Shown here: positions 27,393 to 38,599 of the stretch, in pieces | Numbering within the stretch: position 1 is the stretch's first letter | How the letters are laid out: every line of letters begins with the position of its first letter | Origin: Eledone cirrhosa | Lineage: Eukaryota | Reading direction: 5' to 3' | DNA: 64,000 nt | Assembly: GCA_964016885.1 (NCBI GenBank) | Contig: OZ024746.1 | Location: 2,356,001-2,420,000 of the forward strand | Notes under the pieces: model-generated | The model's input: the letters and a program-made list of their open reading frames with translations, nothing else | What the model was told of the DNA's origin: nothing | Database searches by the model: none | Translations under genes and position numbers: made by a program

Positions 27393-27582
27393 CCCTCCTC
27401 CTGCTATATCAAGTGTTAACCTAATATATCCCTTCCATATATTGTACCGATTGTGTTATTTCTGTTTACCTTTTACATACATACATTATATATATATATA
27501 TAGAGAGAGAGATAGAGAGATAGAAAGATAGAGAGATAGAGAGAGAGAGAAAGGTTAGAAAGAATTTGAGAGATAAACTTAC

Positions 27583-27702
27583 CAACACATTGTTTCTTAT
27601 TGACTTTCTTGAATCCTGACCTACACAAACATATATAACTTCCATTGTTATTTTCACAGTTTTGTTGGCAGCCACCATTTTCAAAAGAACACTCATCTAC
27701 AT
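27583..27702 (-). CDS. cbEGF exon 7 (class C)
   Basis: AG/GT, 120 bp; [40 protein letters not shown] (inside ORF 27473..27754). Confidence 0.95.
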
Positions 27703-27936
27703 CTATAACAAAATACATATTGTTTCTGGTGAAGTCTTTAGATACAAGAGTCAATATTAGCTAACCACCAATTATGGCTAATATATTATCAAAATTTAAT
27801 TAGATATTTTGGTTATTTTTTTTTATCAATGTAATTATAGCTTTTGGTATGCTAACATTATGCATATATATGTGTGTGTATGTGAGTGTGTATGTGTGCA
27901 TGTATGTGTGTGTGTATGTGGGTGTGTATATGTGTA

Positions 27937-27986
<50 letters not shown>

Positions 27987-28068
27987 TAACGAAGGAAATG
28001 TGGTAAGGAACCAGGTGGACCATAACGCACCAAAGTACTCAATACTTGAGGTAGTAGAGTGGGTAATA

Positions 28069-28180
28069 GGAACCAGTAAGACCCCGACAGCTGAGCTCAA
28101 GCCGTTTCGACGGCTAATTCTGGACTAAATGAAAATTTATCCTGGTATTTAAATAGCCGATCTTCTCAAGGGGTAATTCC
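28069..28180 (-). ncRNA. Type I hammerhead ribozyme (mirror copy, sense to the host gene)
   Basis: Reverse complement of 30925-31036; predicted cleavage after 28086 on the minus strand. Confidence 0.8.
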
Positions 28181-29540
28181 ATATATGGTCAAAGTGATTG
28201 TCAAAAATCAGTAGTAATTCTGTGGTTGCAAATTAGTAGGGGAGATGGTGGCTAAACCTACCAGTAGGAGAAAGAGGGGAGGGGGTGGAGTAGACCCAAT
28301 CAAGCGTTGGTAGTGCCAGCTACAGCTGGGCATGAGGTCAAAGAAGATACAGGGGAGGTGGAGGGGGAGGAAGTCGGAACGGTAGGTAGAACAATGGGGG
28401 GTAGAAATAGGAAAGAAAAAATACTGAGAGTGAAGAAAAGCAAATAAGTGTAAAGAAAAAAGTAAAGTAAATTAAATTCAACGACCTAGGTGTCAGGCTA
28501 TTGTTAGGCGAGAATAAAATAAAGAAAGAAAGAAAGAAGTAAATAAATAAATAAATAAATAAATAAGGAAATAAGTAAGAGAACTAGGTGGGACGGATAA
28601 GGCAAGGACCCTTTTAAGAGGTATAAGTACGTAAATGATACGGTGACGGGTCAACAAAAGGGGCCAAAATACTAAAGAGACTACCACGAAATAAACAATA
28701 AAGGTTTCCATCCCGGGCCAGCAACGACCCAGTGCAGCAAAGTGAACTTGTACGAGATAATAATTCTGAGTCCCGAGAAAAATATATACTAATGCTAACT
28801 CTAAAAGATCTAAAACAAGCTACATGAAAGTTCGTACGAAATAAAGGTAGAATACGGAGAAATAAATTCAGAATCCACCCCGCCCAGAAGAAAAGCGAAG
28901 CAAGAAATACTGAAACGAAAAAATAAGGCATAAGTGCCACTAAGAAATATAGAGGGCACAGAGAATAGTGGGAGCGGTCGGAAAAAGGGGGAAAGTATCC
29001 GGGGTCTAAGCCAACTGCTATAAAGGGCGGAGTCCGCCAAATCTATCAAAGACTAGGGGGGGGGGGGGGTACTAAGGCTACATGGGGCCAAAGGGCAGCC
29101 TCGGGTGGGCGAGAAAAGACGCCGACAAAGGAGAAGAGCTGGGGTAGAAGGACAAAGGAGAGAGGGGGGAAGGAAATAAAGGAAGTGATAAAAGAATACA
29201 AAGAAGATCTTACGTCTTCCTTGGCAAGCAGGGGTTACCCATTGCAAAATCGGCAACTGGGGTGTTATAGCCCTAGTCTACCCCCCCTGGGTCATTATGG
29301 GGTTTGAGGGCGAGGTAAGTCCTACGCAATCTATGTTTACATGCAGTAACCAGTTCATCTTTCTTGTTTAGGAGTTGGTCCGTCGAAAACAGCATTTGTA
29401 AAGTTTCCTCCGAGCATAAATTGCACGGACGGCGTCCTCCCGTGTAAGAATTGGCTCTGGACAGTAATCTCCAAGTGAGATCATAGGTGATGTTGTTGTC
29501 CTTGAGGTCCCATATGTGGCCCGAAAGTGTAGTGGCGTGA

Positions 29541-29834
29541 CATACCTTCCGAAACCCGGCCCGGCGTCACGCCACTACACTTTCGGGCCACATATGGGAC
29601 CTCAAGGACAACAACATCACCTATGATCTCACTTGGAGATTACTGTCCAGAGCCAATTCTTACACGGGAGGACGCCGTCCGTGCAATTTATGCTCGGAGG
29701 AAACTTTACAAATGCTGTTTTCGACGGACCAACTCCTAAACAAGAAAGATGAACTGGTTACTGCATGTAAACATAGATTGCGTAGGACTTACCTCGCCCT
29801 CAAACCCCATAATGACCCAGGGGGGGTAGACTAG
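29541..29834 (+). pseudogene. C-terminal remnant of a Penelope-like GIY-YIG endonuclease ORF (mirror copy 29273-29541 on -)
   Basis: Open frame HTFRNPARRHATTLSGHIWDLKDNNITYDLTWRLLSRANSYTGGRRPCNLCSEETLQMLFSTDQLLNKKDELVTACKHRLRRTYLALKPHNDPGGVD*; fits the T-x-LS-x-HIW-x-LK...CNLC-x-x-E...LLNK...C-x-H pattern I recognise from PLE C-termini. Confidence 0.8.
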
Positions 29835-30924
29835 GGCTATAACACCCCAGTTGCCGATTTTGCAATGGGTAACCCCTGCTTGCCAAGGAAGACGTAAGAT
29901 CTTCTTTGTATTCTTTTATCACTTCCTTTATTTCCTTCCCCCCTCTCTCCTTTGTCCTTCTACCCCAGCTCTTCTCCTTTGTCGGCGTCTTTTCTCGCCC
30001 ACCCGAGGCTGCCCTTTGGCCCCATGTAGCCTTAGTACCCCCCCCCCCCCTAGTCTTTGATAGATTTGGCGGACTCCGCCCTTTATAGCAGTTGGCTTAG
30101 ACCCCGGATACTTTCCCCCTTTTTCCGACCGCTCCCACTATTCTCTGTGCCCTCTATATTTCTTAGTGGCACTTATGCCTTATTTTTTCGTTTCAGTATT
30201 TCTTGCTTCGCTTTTCTTCTGGGCGGGGTGGATTCTGAATTTATTTCTCCGTATTCTACCTTTATTTCGTACGAACTTTCATGTAGCTTGTTTTAGATCT
30301 TTTAGAGTTAGCATTAGTATATATTTTTCTCGGGACTCAGAATTATTATCTCGTACAAGTTCACTTTGCTGCACTGGGTCGTTGCTGGCCCGGGATGGAA
30401 ACCTTTATTGTTTATTTCGTGGTAGTCTCTTTAGTATTTTGGCCCCTTTTGTTGACCCGTCACCGTATCATTTACGTACTTATACCTCTTAAAAGGGTCC
30501 TTGCCTTATCCGTCCCACCTAGTTCTCTTACTTATTTCCTTATTTATTTATTTATTTATTTATTTACTTCTTTCTTTCTTTCTTTATTTTATTCTCGCCT
30601 AACAATAGCCTGACACCTAGGTCGTTGAATTTAATTTACTTTACTTTTTTCTTTACACTTATTTGCTTTTCTTCACTCTCAGTATTTTTTCTTTCCTATT
30701 TCTACCCCCCATTGTTCTACCTACCGTTCCGACTTCCTCCCCCTCCCCCTCCCCTGTATCTTCTTTGACCTCATGCCCAGCTGTAGCTGGCACTACCAAC
30801 GCTTGATTGGGTCTACTCCACCCCTCCCCTCTTTCTCCTACTGGCAGGTTTAGCCACCATCTCCCCTACTAATTTGCAACCACAGAATTACTACTGATTT
30901 TTGACAATCACTTTGACCATATAT

Positions 30925-31036
30925 GGAATTACCCCTTGAGAAGATCGGCTATTTAAATACCAGGATAAATTTTCATTTAGTCCAGAATTAGCCGTCGAAA
31001 CGGCTTGAGCTCAGCTGTCGGGGTCTTACTGGTTCC
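30925..31036 (+). ncRNA. Type I hammerhead ribozyme, U3-A8 core variant
   Basis: Stem I ACCCC/GGGGU extended by GGAAUUA/UGGUUCC; core UUGAGAA (30936-30942); stem II GA(U)CGGCUA/UAGCCGUC; GAAA (30997-31000); stem III ACGGCU/AGCUGU; GUC cleavage triplet ending at 31019. Confidence 0.8.
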
Positions 31037-31055
31037 TATATATATATATATATAT

Positions 31056-31271
31056 ATGAGTTCCAGGTTCCATTGGGGGTAATCACAGTAAGTAAGGTAC
31101 TTAATGCATTAGTAAAGTGTAAACATCAAATTTAATATAGAAATGACTTCTACAGAATTAGAACTGTTTCATTCAAAGGAAATCTTCAGGAAAGCCCTGA
31201 TGATTTCATTCAAATGAAACAGTTCAAGTCCTGTAGAAGCCATTTCTATATCAAATTTGATGTTCACATTC

Positions 31272-31277
<6 letters not shown>
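31056..31277. repeat. ~85-bp-arm inverted repeat between (TA)n tracts, probable Penelope-like terminus
   Basis: tagtaaagtgtaaacatcaaattt...cttcagg / cctgatga...aaatttgatgttcacattctacta; CUGA(U/A)GA...GAAAC motif in both arms; related copy at about 37051-37156. Confidence 0.6.
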
Positions 31278-31317
<40 letters not shown>

Positions 31318-32279
31318 GAATGTAAACAGATGAGGTCATGTAGGTGTCACGACAAAAAAACACACAGTCCATGCTGTAATGTGGTTGTGTAGGTAACACA
31401 GTAAAATGCTCCCAGTCCACACTGTAAATGTGGTTGGTGTTAGGAAGGGCATCCAGCCATAGAAAACCTGTCAGAAACAGTTTTATATGAGCGAGACACA
31501 GTCACCTGACCAATCTTGCCTCAAGTAAGACAATTCCCGTCTCACCCATGCTAGCAAAGAAGATAGATGTTAAAGAACAACAATGACGATGATATATATA
31601 TATATATACATTAGTTAGGTAGTTAGCAACAGTTACAGGTAGCCTGTCATTCGAAGCAGTCAACATTGTAATGAGATATTGAAATGGAGTTGTAAGGAGA
31701 GTAAATTGAACAAATATTTCAACAATGTTATCACAAAGTTATTTGGAATACTGGTATTAGATTTAATTTTTTAAATTATACATATTACAACTGTTAAAGA
31801 TAAATGGAAACTTGGATTTGTTTTCTTTGCAACAAAATATTGCCTGTGGATCAATCAACACATAATATGTTGGAAATATTGTTCTTAAGATCTGATACAA
31901 GTAGTAACTATCCATTGTTGGTGTACCATCTATTGCACAGGGCACAATATTTGTCAACTCTATATTATGCTTTTCAAATATGATTTAACTGTTGCAGAAA
32001 TAAATGTGCTTATGTATTAGTAATAAGAGTATTGGTAAAAAGTAATTCTTCATGCAGTGTATTATTGTCTTCATGAAATAATTGTTACTACTTTTGGCAC
32101 AAGGCCAGCAATTAGCCCAGTGTATTACTGGTACTTTATTTTATCGACCCTGTAGGATGAAAGGCAAAGTTGAACTCAGATATAAGGGGGCGTAACTCTA
32201 TGCCGCAAAGCATGGCGTCCGAACCTCTACCGATACTGCCAATCCACCATGAAATAATGAACAAAGGTGAGTACTAGAG

Positions 32280-32890
32280 TGTTGTTATCCATGACTATTG
32301 ACTTTACTTGTTTGAAGTATAATAGATGTAAGCTGATTTTCATGGTCAGTAGCCATTTCATCAATCCACTAATTAACAGTAGTATCACATATCAGTAATG
32401 TTTTTGGAATGGTTACTGGGTCCTGGTGCATCACAGTCAATTTGCAGTTTTGTCCATGGAGTACAGCATAAAAACCCTCTCCCATTCCCTTCCATGGTAT
32501 AATAGTTCTTGCATTTTCCCTCCTTTTCTTCTCATTTATGCCATTTATAGTCCTTTCCTCTTAAAAATGTGCTTTTAATAATTTCCTCCAGTATGAGCTC
32601 TTCCCTTTTTAGTAATAGGCTCTGATAGTTGGGAACTATCTCCGAACACACCACTGTTTTTATCGGTGCATCTTTTATATTGCTCATGGAAGTCTTGGAA
32701 ATATTCTCCAGGTTTATGTTTGGTATTAAAATATTTTTGCAGCTGTGATGGCTTCATTGTTTTATTAGAAAGTATTTTATGTCCCAGTAAACACATTGTC
32801 ATGTCTTTATATTAATAGATTCAATAAAACCATATGTCAAATATTCATCTGACTACAGACAAGAATAATTTTTTTCTTTGGAGGCATAAT
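32280..32890 (-). mobile_element. hAT (Charlie-like) transposase N-terminal relic
   Basis: MCLLGHKILSNKTMKPSQLQKYFNTKH resembles the C-x-x-C...MKPS-x-L-x-x-H BED-finger region; also KKGRAHTGG. Confidence 0.6.
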
Positions 32891-33179
32891 CAAGACTTGA
32901 GAATGCTGATAAAATACAAAGTTGACTCAGCTTCTCATAACATGGACCTAATATGGACTAACTACTATATCAATGGATAAGCAAAGGGTTTACAAGTATC
33001 GTTTGGTTTTCCGTGGCATTTCAAAGATCCTGAATCATTCAGTAGAGATGTCATCAAAACAAATCAATTTTAAAATTAAAAAAAAAAATCACTAAAATGT
33101 ATGAAACAAAATAAAAAAAAAGTCTCCCAATAAGTAGACTAAGAACCTATCAAAAGTTTACTTTGCTACTTGTATTTAT

Positions 33180-34160
33180 GAATGCATTTTCTGATACGTG
33201 CATTGCCCTAGGACTATTAGTCCCAAGAAAATTGTTGTCATGTACCAACCTGCCCCTGGGAAGCAGTACACTGAACCACATATCTATGTATGGCAAAAAG
33301 TTTGGAGTTGGTGATCAGTTTGTCTATCTAGGAAGTACTTGATAGTGAAACACCACACAATATTCAGAAAGCAAGTGATGCTTTTGGAAAGCTGGAGAGG
33401 TGCCACTGAGGTTGGTGATACATATACAAGAAAACAAACATAAAAGTGTACAATGCATGTGTGCTCTTCTCTCTTCTTAACACATGTGAGACCTGGGTCA
33501 CATATCAGCTCCATCTTAAACACTTAGAGCGTTTCTGTCAAGTGTGTCTCAGACAGATTCTTGGCATTCACCAGAGGGGCCACATCAGTGATATTGAGAT
33601 TATGAAAAGGTCTCAGAGTGAAAGTATAGAAACTCTCATACTTAAACAAAGACCCCGATGAAGTAGTCACCTTACCAGGAGTGAGGACTCAAAGCTACTA
33701 AAACAACTCTTTCATGGAGAGTTAGTTAAAGGAAAACAACCTCCACATAAGCCAAAAAACAGATATAGGATTCGTTGTTAACTTCCTTGAAGGACTCTAA
33801 CATATCTGTTGATATATGGTAAAGTAAAGCTGCTGCTCACAGTAAATGAAGAAAGACAATACATGAGAGAAAAGTTGCTTTTCAGGCATCTCAAATTGCA
33901 AATGAAAAACTGAAAAGGGATATCAGGAAAGGTATTGTTGCATTTCCAGACAGCAAAGGTGATCCTATGGAGATGACATGTGACATCTTTACAGTCACAC
34001 ATAGAAATCGGTGGTTAATTACCAGGCTGCTCTAGGAGATGCTGCTCATTATACCTGTCAAACATGTGGAATAGAGTGTAGATCTGCAGGAGGGCTCAAA
34101 CGGCATGTGAAAGTACTTGACGACCCTGTGCAAGACACTTTGAATCATTAGCCGGGCTGA
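33180..34160 (+). mobile_element. Degenerate RTE (BovB-like) LINE 3' fragment
   Basis: VMYQPAPGK; YNACVLFSLLNTCETW...LERFCQVCLRQILGI; terminal CQTC...GGLKRH zinc finger; stops and frameshifts. Confidence 0.75.
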
Positions 34161-34289
34161 AAAACCCCATTCAATGGCAGCACTGATTTAACTTTTTTTT
34201 AAATATGTTGTGTGATGGCCATACTCAATAATGAAGGTGCAACCATCATGTATGTATCTATAAGTATATTCGCAAATATATATATATAT

Positions 34290-34555
34290 AAATCGTTACT
34301 CGATAAAACATGAAAACCAGCGTTATGTAACAACACTCGCAGACAAGGCTTGGCAGCTGCGTGAAAATAACCAACAATTTCACCTAAAATTGGGATATAA
34401 TAGCGACTGCCCCCCCATATTCCCATGGACAGGAATTTTGTAAATTATGTAATGTAGAATTATTTTGTATTATGAAATCCAAAAACATTTTATTAAATAA
34501 CAGAATAGAGCGATTGTTATACTGTAACCATCGCTTAAAATCTACATTTTCATAT
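34290..34555 (+). pseudogene. Degenerate Penelope-like endonuclease C-terminus
   Basis: Frameshifted TTLADKAWQLRENNQ...PYSHGQEFCKLCNVELFCIMKSKNILLNNRIERLLYCNHRLK, homologous by eye to 29541-29834; follows a (TA)n tract. Confidence 0.65.
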
Positions 34556-36484
34556 TATAAATACTACCAGGATTGAACGCCTGTCTCTATCCCCGTTTGA
34601 TTGTCAAAATAGATATTAACATTCTTTATTAGTCTTAATTCTATCAACTCTTCTATTATTTACCTTTTAATACAAACTGCTATAGATAAAATGAGATTTC
34701 TGATTTCTTGATTCAATTCCCTAATGCATATACCAGCTGGCTACTAGCATTGATGTTATTTAGTAGCAATCGAAATCTCCCCCTTCCCCAATTGACACTT
34801 TATAATTAATACTACTGCACCAAATGACCAGCCCTGTCCACTGTCCAGTTGGTCGAGTAGAGATTAAAATTGGCACTCCCAAAATTCTTATTTAGATTTA
34901 CTCATGGTATTCTCATTAGAAACCCATTATATACTTGTCTAGCAGTAAATTAATTTACCATCTGTCATATACTATCTCCTCTGTTTCTTCCTCTTTTACT
35001 AATATAAATACTTCAATTTTTCTGATTTTATCCAATTTATCCAAAATCTCTGAAGAAGTGACACCTGATTATACATTTGCTATCGAATACTTGCTAACAT
35101 TATATGATTACGCAAGCAGCGATACATAGGTATTCAGTCTGTTACAGAAACATATGTCAATACCTAATAAATTCCTTTTTTAAAAAAAGCACTTTCATTT
35201 TATATCCATCCTTTCTACATTTTCTCCGGAATATAATCTATACTCGTTGAGCAAACCTGCACGTACGCTGTTCATCTCTAACGTAACGATATATTATCAC
35301 TACATTATTGATAACCTGAAATTTTATATAAATATATATATATATTTGTATATATATATATATGCAAATATATAAATTATATACACATTCAGACATAAAT
35401 ATGTTTAAATGGATACTCACACAAATATATAAATATATTCATACTCATGTATAACACATATGAACATATATTATCTTATTTGCCTTTAATGGTGCTATGA
35501 ACTTAGTGATTTATTATACAAGCATCAACTAACTTTGAAAACTTGTCATTTTTTCCTAAATTTAAAACTGAATCAATTATTATTGATGATACTGATTCAC
35601 GCAGTGGTGTTAGGAAGGGCATCCAGCTGTAGAAATCAAGCCAGAATCTGTTCCCGTATGAGCAAGACATGGTCAGCCAACTGGCTACTGCCCACAACAG
35701 GACAACCTGTCTGCCCCAAGCTAGCGTGGAAGAACAGACATAAAACGGTGATGATGATATATATAGGGAAGGGAGCGGACGAAGGACCCAAGAGCACCTG
35801 CTTTGTCTGTTCCCTTGTCGATTCAATTTGGATTACCTCAGGAACATAACCTTTTTATGTAAGAAGCTGTCTGATGTCATGGCACTGGGTACACCGAAGA
35901 GGGTCACCACTGTCATTGAAATATGTATCACAGCATTATCATTAAAGGACTTAAATAACATCTGAAATTACTTTGCCTTTTGTTATTCTCTCTCTCTATC
36001 ATCATTTAACATCAATTTTTCATGCTAGCATGGGTTATATATATATATATATATATAGTTGATAAAGGAAACAGAACAAACACAGGGATTCAAAAATACA
36101 AAGTCATATTAGGTTCATGTTTAGAGGAAGTGGAGGAAGGTTTTTATGTTTTGGACAGAAGTCCTTCATTAGGAAAGTTTGGATAAGGAGAGAATAAATA
36201 GCTACATGAAAGTAGTGTGTGAAAGTAGGGAAAAGAAGTTAGGAAAAGGGTGTTAGGAAGAGATTGATCTGGCTGATCATGCTTGGGGATCCAGCCAGAT
36301 CAATTGGAGGCAGTTGCTTTTGACAGAACCCTCTCAAGAAAAAGAAGAAAAAGAAGAAAAAGAAGAAAAAGAAGAAGAAGAAAAAGAACCTTTAAATGAT
36401 AAGAAAATAAATTCCATTTTTGTGATAAATTTAGTCAATTTAGGTGCATAAATCAGTGAGTGATTAATTCCAATAAAAACTTAC

Positions 36485-36607
36485 CAACACACTGTTTCCC
36501 ATTCTCCATCAGTCGGTAGCCTGTCCTACATTGACATTGATAACTTCCAATAGAGTTCTCACAGAGTTGTTGACAGCCACCATTTTCTCTTGAACATTCA
36601 TCAATGT
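36485..36607 (-). CDS. cbEGF exon 6 (class B, 123 bp)
   Basis: AG/GT; [41 protein letters not shown]. Confidence 0.95.
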
Positions 36608-37189
36608 CTGATAAAAAATAAAGAAAAGGGCATGAATTATCCAGTTCCCTTTGGTTTTCCAGCTAAAATCAACAGGGCTGATTACTTGTTAAATTTAATC
36701 CTGAAAGGTTCAACAATTATCTATGGATTATACAAGTACTAATACCTATCCCTGTCAATTACTCTCTTCAAGGTAACTTCCAGGATCTGGTGCTTGCACT
36801 CCCACTGTAAGATAAGCACCTCCCTCCAACAAGCAAGATGTAGCCCTCCCCCTCTGTCATCTTACACCCTACTCCAATCATTGCCTTCCCAGTCTGACTA
36901 AGGACACAAATGTCTAATTACTGTAACGAAGGTGGGCTAGTGCCAAAATAAAGTGCACCTGGCCACTCTGTAAAGTGGTAGTGTTGGTGCCATTATAAAA
37001 TACACCCAATACACTCTGTAAAGTGGTAAATATAAAAATAACTTTACATATAGTCCTGAAGAAGCCATTTCTATAATAAATTTGTTGTATACACTCTACT
37101 AATGTATTGAGTACCCTACTTACTGTGGTTACCCGTGAGTGAACCTGGAACTCATATTTGTGTATATAAATATATACATATATATATAC

Positions 37190-37244
<55 letters not shown>

Positions 37245-37268
37245 GTAATGAAAATATCATAAACTTAC

Positions 37269-37388
37269 CATTACACTGCTTAGTATCTACAAGTTGATAA
37301 CCAGTACGGCAAGAACATTTGTAACTTCCGATAGTATTTGTACAAATATGTTGGCAGAGACCATTTTTGACAGAACAGTCATCAATAT
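37269..37388 (-). CDS. cbEGF exon 5 (class A)
   Basis: AG/GT, 120 bp; [40 protein letters not shown]. Confidence 0.95.
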
Positions 37389-38599
37389 CTATTACAAAGA
37401 AACATAAAAAAAATGGAAAACTCCATATTTGGATATATATCTTTTCTTTGACATCGCTTGATTAGAATATCAATGAACTAACTCATTATAACCAAATATT
37501 CTTTTTCCTTAACAGAACTCTATCAAAACACTCTTTGCTAAACTTAGATGCCACGGAATATATTTTGATATTATGAAGAATTTTTCTAATATCTAAAAAT
37601 ATATATATACTATAATGTATAAGTGTGTCTCATTTTTTTAGGATGTTATGTATAAAAGATGTTTGAAGAGAAATAATTTTTCATTAAATTTTGACAAGTA
37701 AATTTCTTCTTTAACAACTTTAATTTTAATAATATAATTCTTAAAAAATTACAAAAAAATTCAAAAAGAATTTGCAAAAATTGAATTTTATCTTTGTGAC
37801 AACAATCTAAGATTTCTCCCTACAATGGTGGACAGAATACTCAGATTATACAAGACAACACTAAAGAAAGATGAGAGGAAAGTTGAAATTTTATAACTAA
37901 AAAGGAAAATGTTTGTGAAGAAGAATATTAAAGTAGCTGTCAATTTTGTTGACTTGGATATTCTAGTACTTAATCAAATACATATATCTATACATAGATC
38001 TTGATACTAGATGCTTGAAAAATGTATTATTCTTTTCTGATGAAATATATTTTTCCATCTCCTTACAGTACATTTCCACAGATTGCAATTACATTTAGTC
38101 TTCTTGTATTCTAGCAATTATGCTTGGTTATATAGTTATTAATATATTATCAATATATCAATCTAAAATACTTTATTATTATATGTCATTCCTGACATCA
38201 GCAGATGCATATAGAAGAAGCAAATCTAGGTAACTGGTTCATGTGATTGTTATTTGAAAAGTTTTCTGGCATTCTTTGAATTTGAAGCCCTACATTCAAG
38301 AGATAACTTTTTTTTTTAATTTCTACATGTCTCAAAGCAGAGTTGTCATAAGGAATGTGTATCTTATAATTACCAGTATTTATTTATCAAATATCTTCAA
38401 GCAAAAAAAAAAAAAATTTAACACATTTTGTATCTTTGGTTTCTGTAATACTTGTGTTATGCTAGACAAATGTCAATCCTCTTCTATTGAAAAAAAGGAC
38501 CATAGATTCATAGTAGCTTAGCTGTCAATGGCTACCAAGTCAATGAAACGGTTTTGTAGAGATTTACTGCTTACAGTAGTGAACTATAATGCTAATCTA

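Larger units (their letters stand above)
27988..31039. mobile_element. Penelope-like retroelement (probably Neptune-type): two head-to-head 3' fragments forming a ~3-kb palindrome in (TA)n
   Basis: Arms 28066-29541 and 29566-31039 are reverse complements with a 24-nt spacer (mirror ORFs in the track); endonuclease C-terminus remnant plus hammerhead in each arm; (TA)n on both flanks. Confidence 0.85.

Noticed and set aside
28493-30613. Duplicated small hydrophobic ORFs on both strands
   Set aside because: Mirror images from the palindrome within a pyrimidine-rich 3' UTR, with no protein motifs
37440-37800. Possible hAT C-terminal relic on the minus strand
   Set aside because: Too decayed to support without a search
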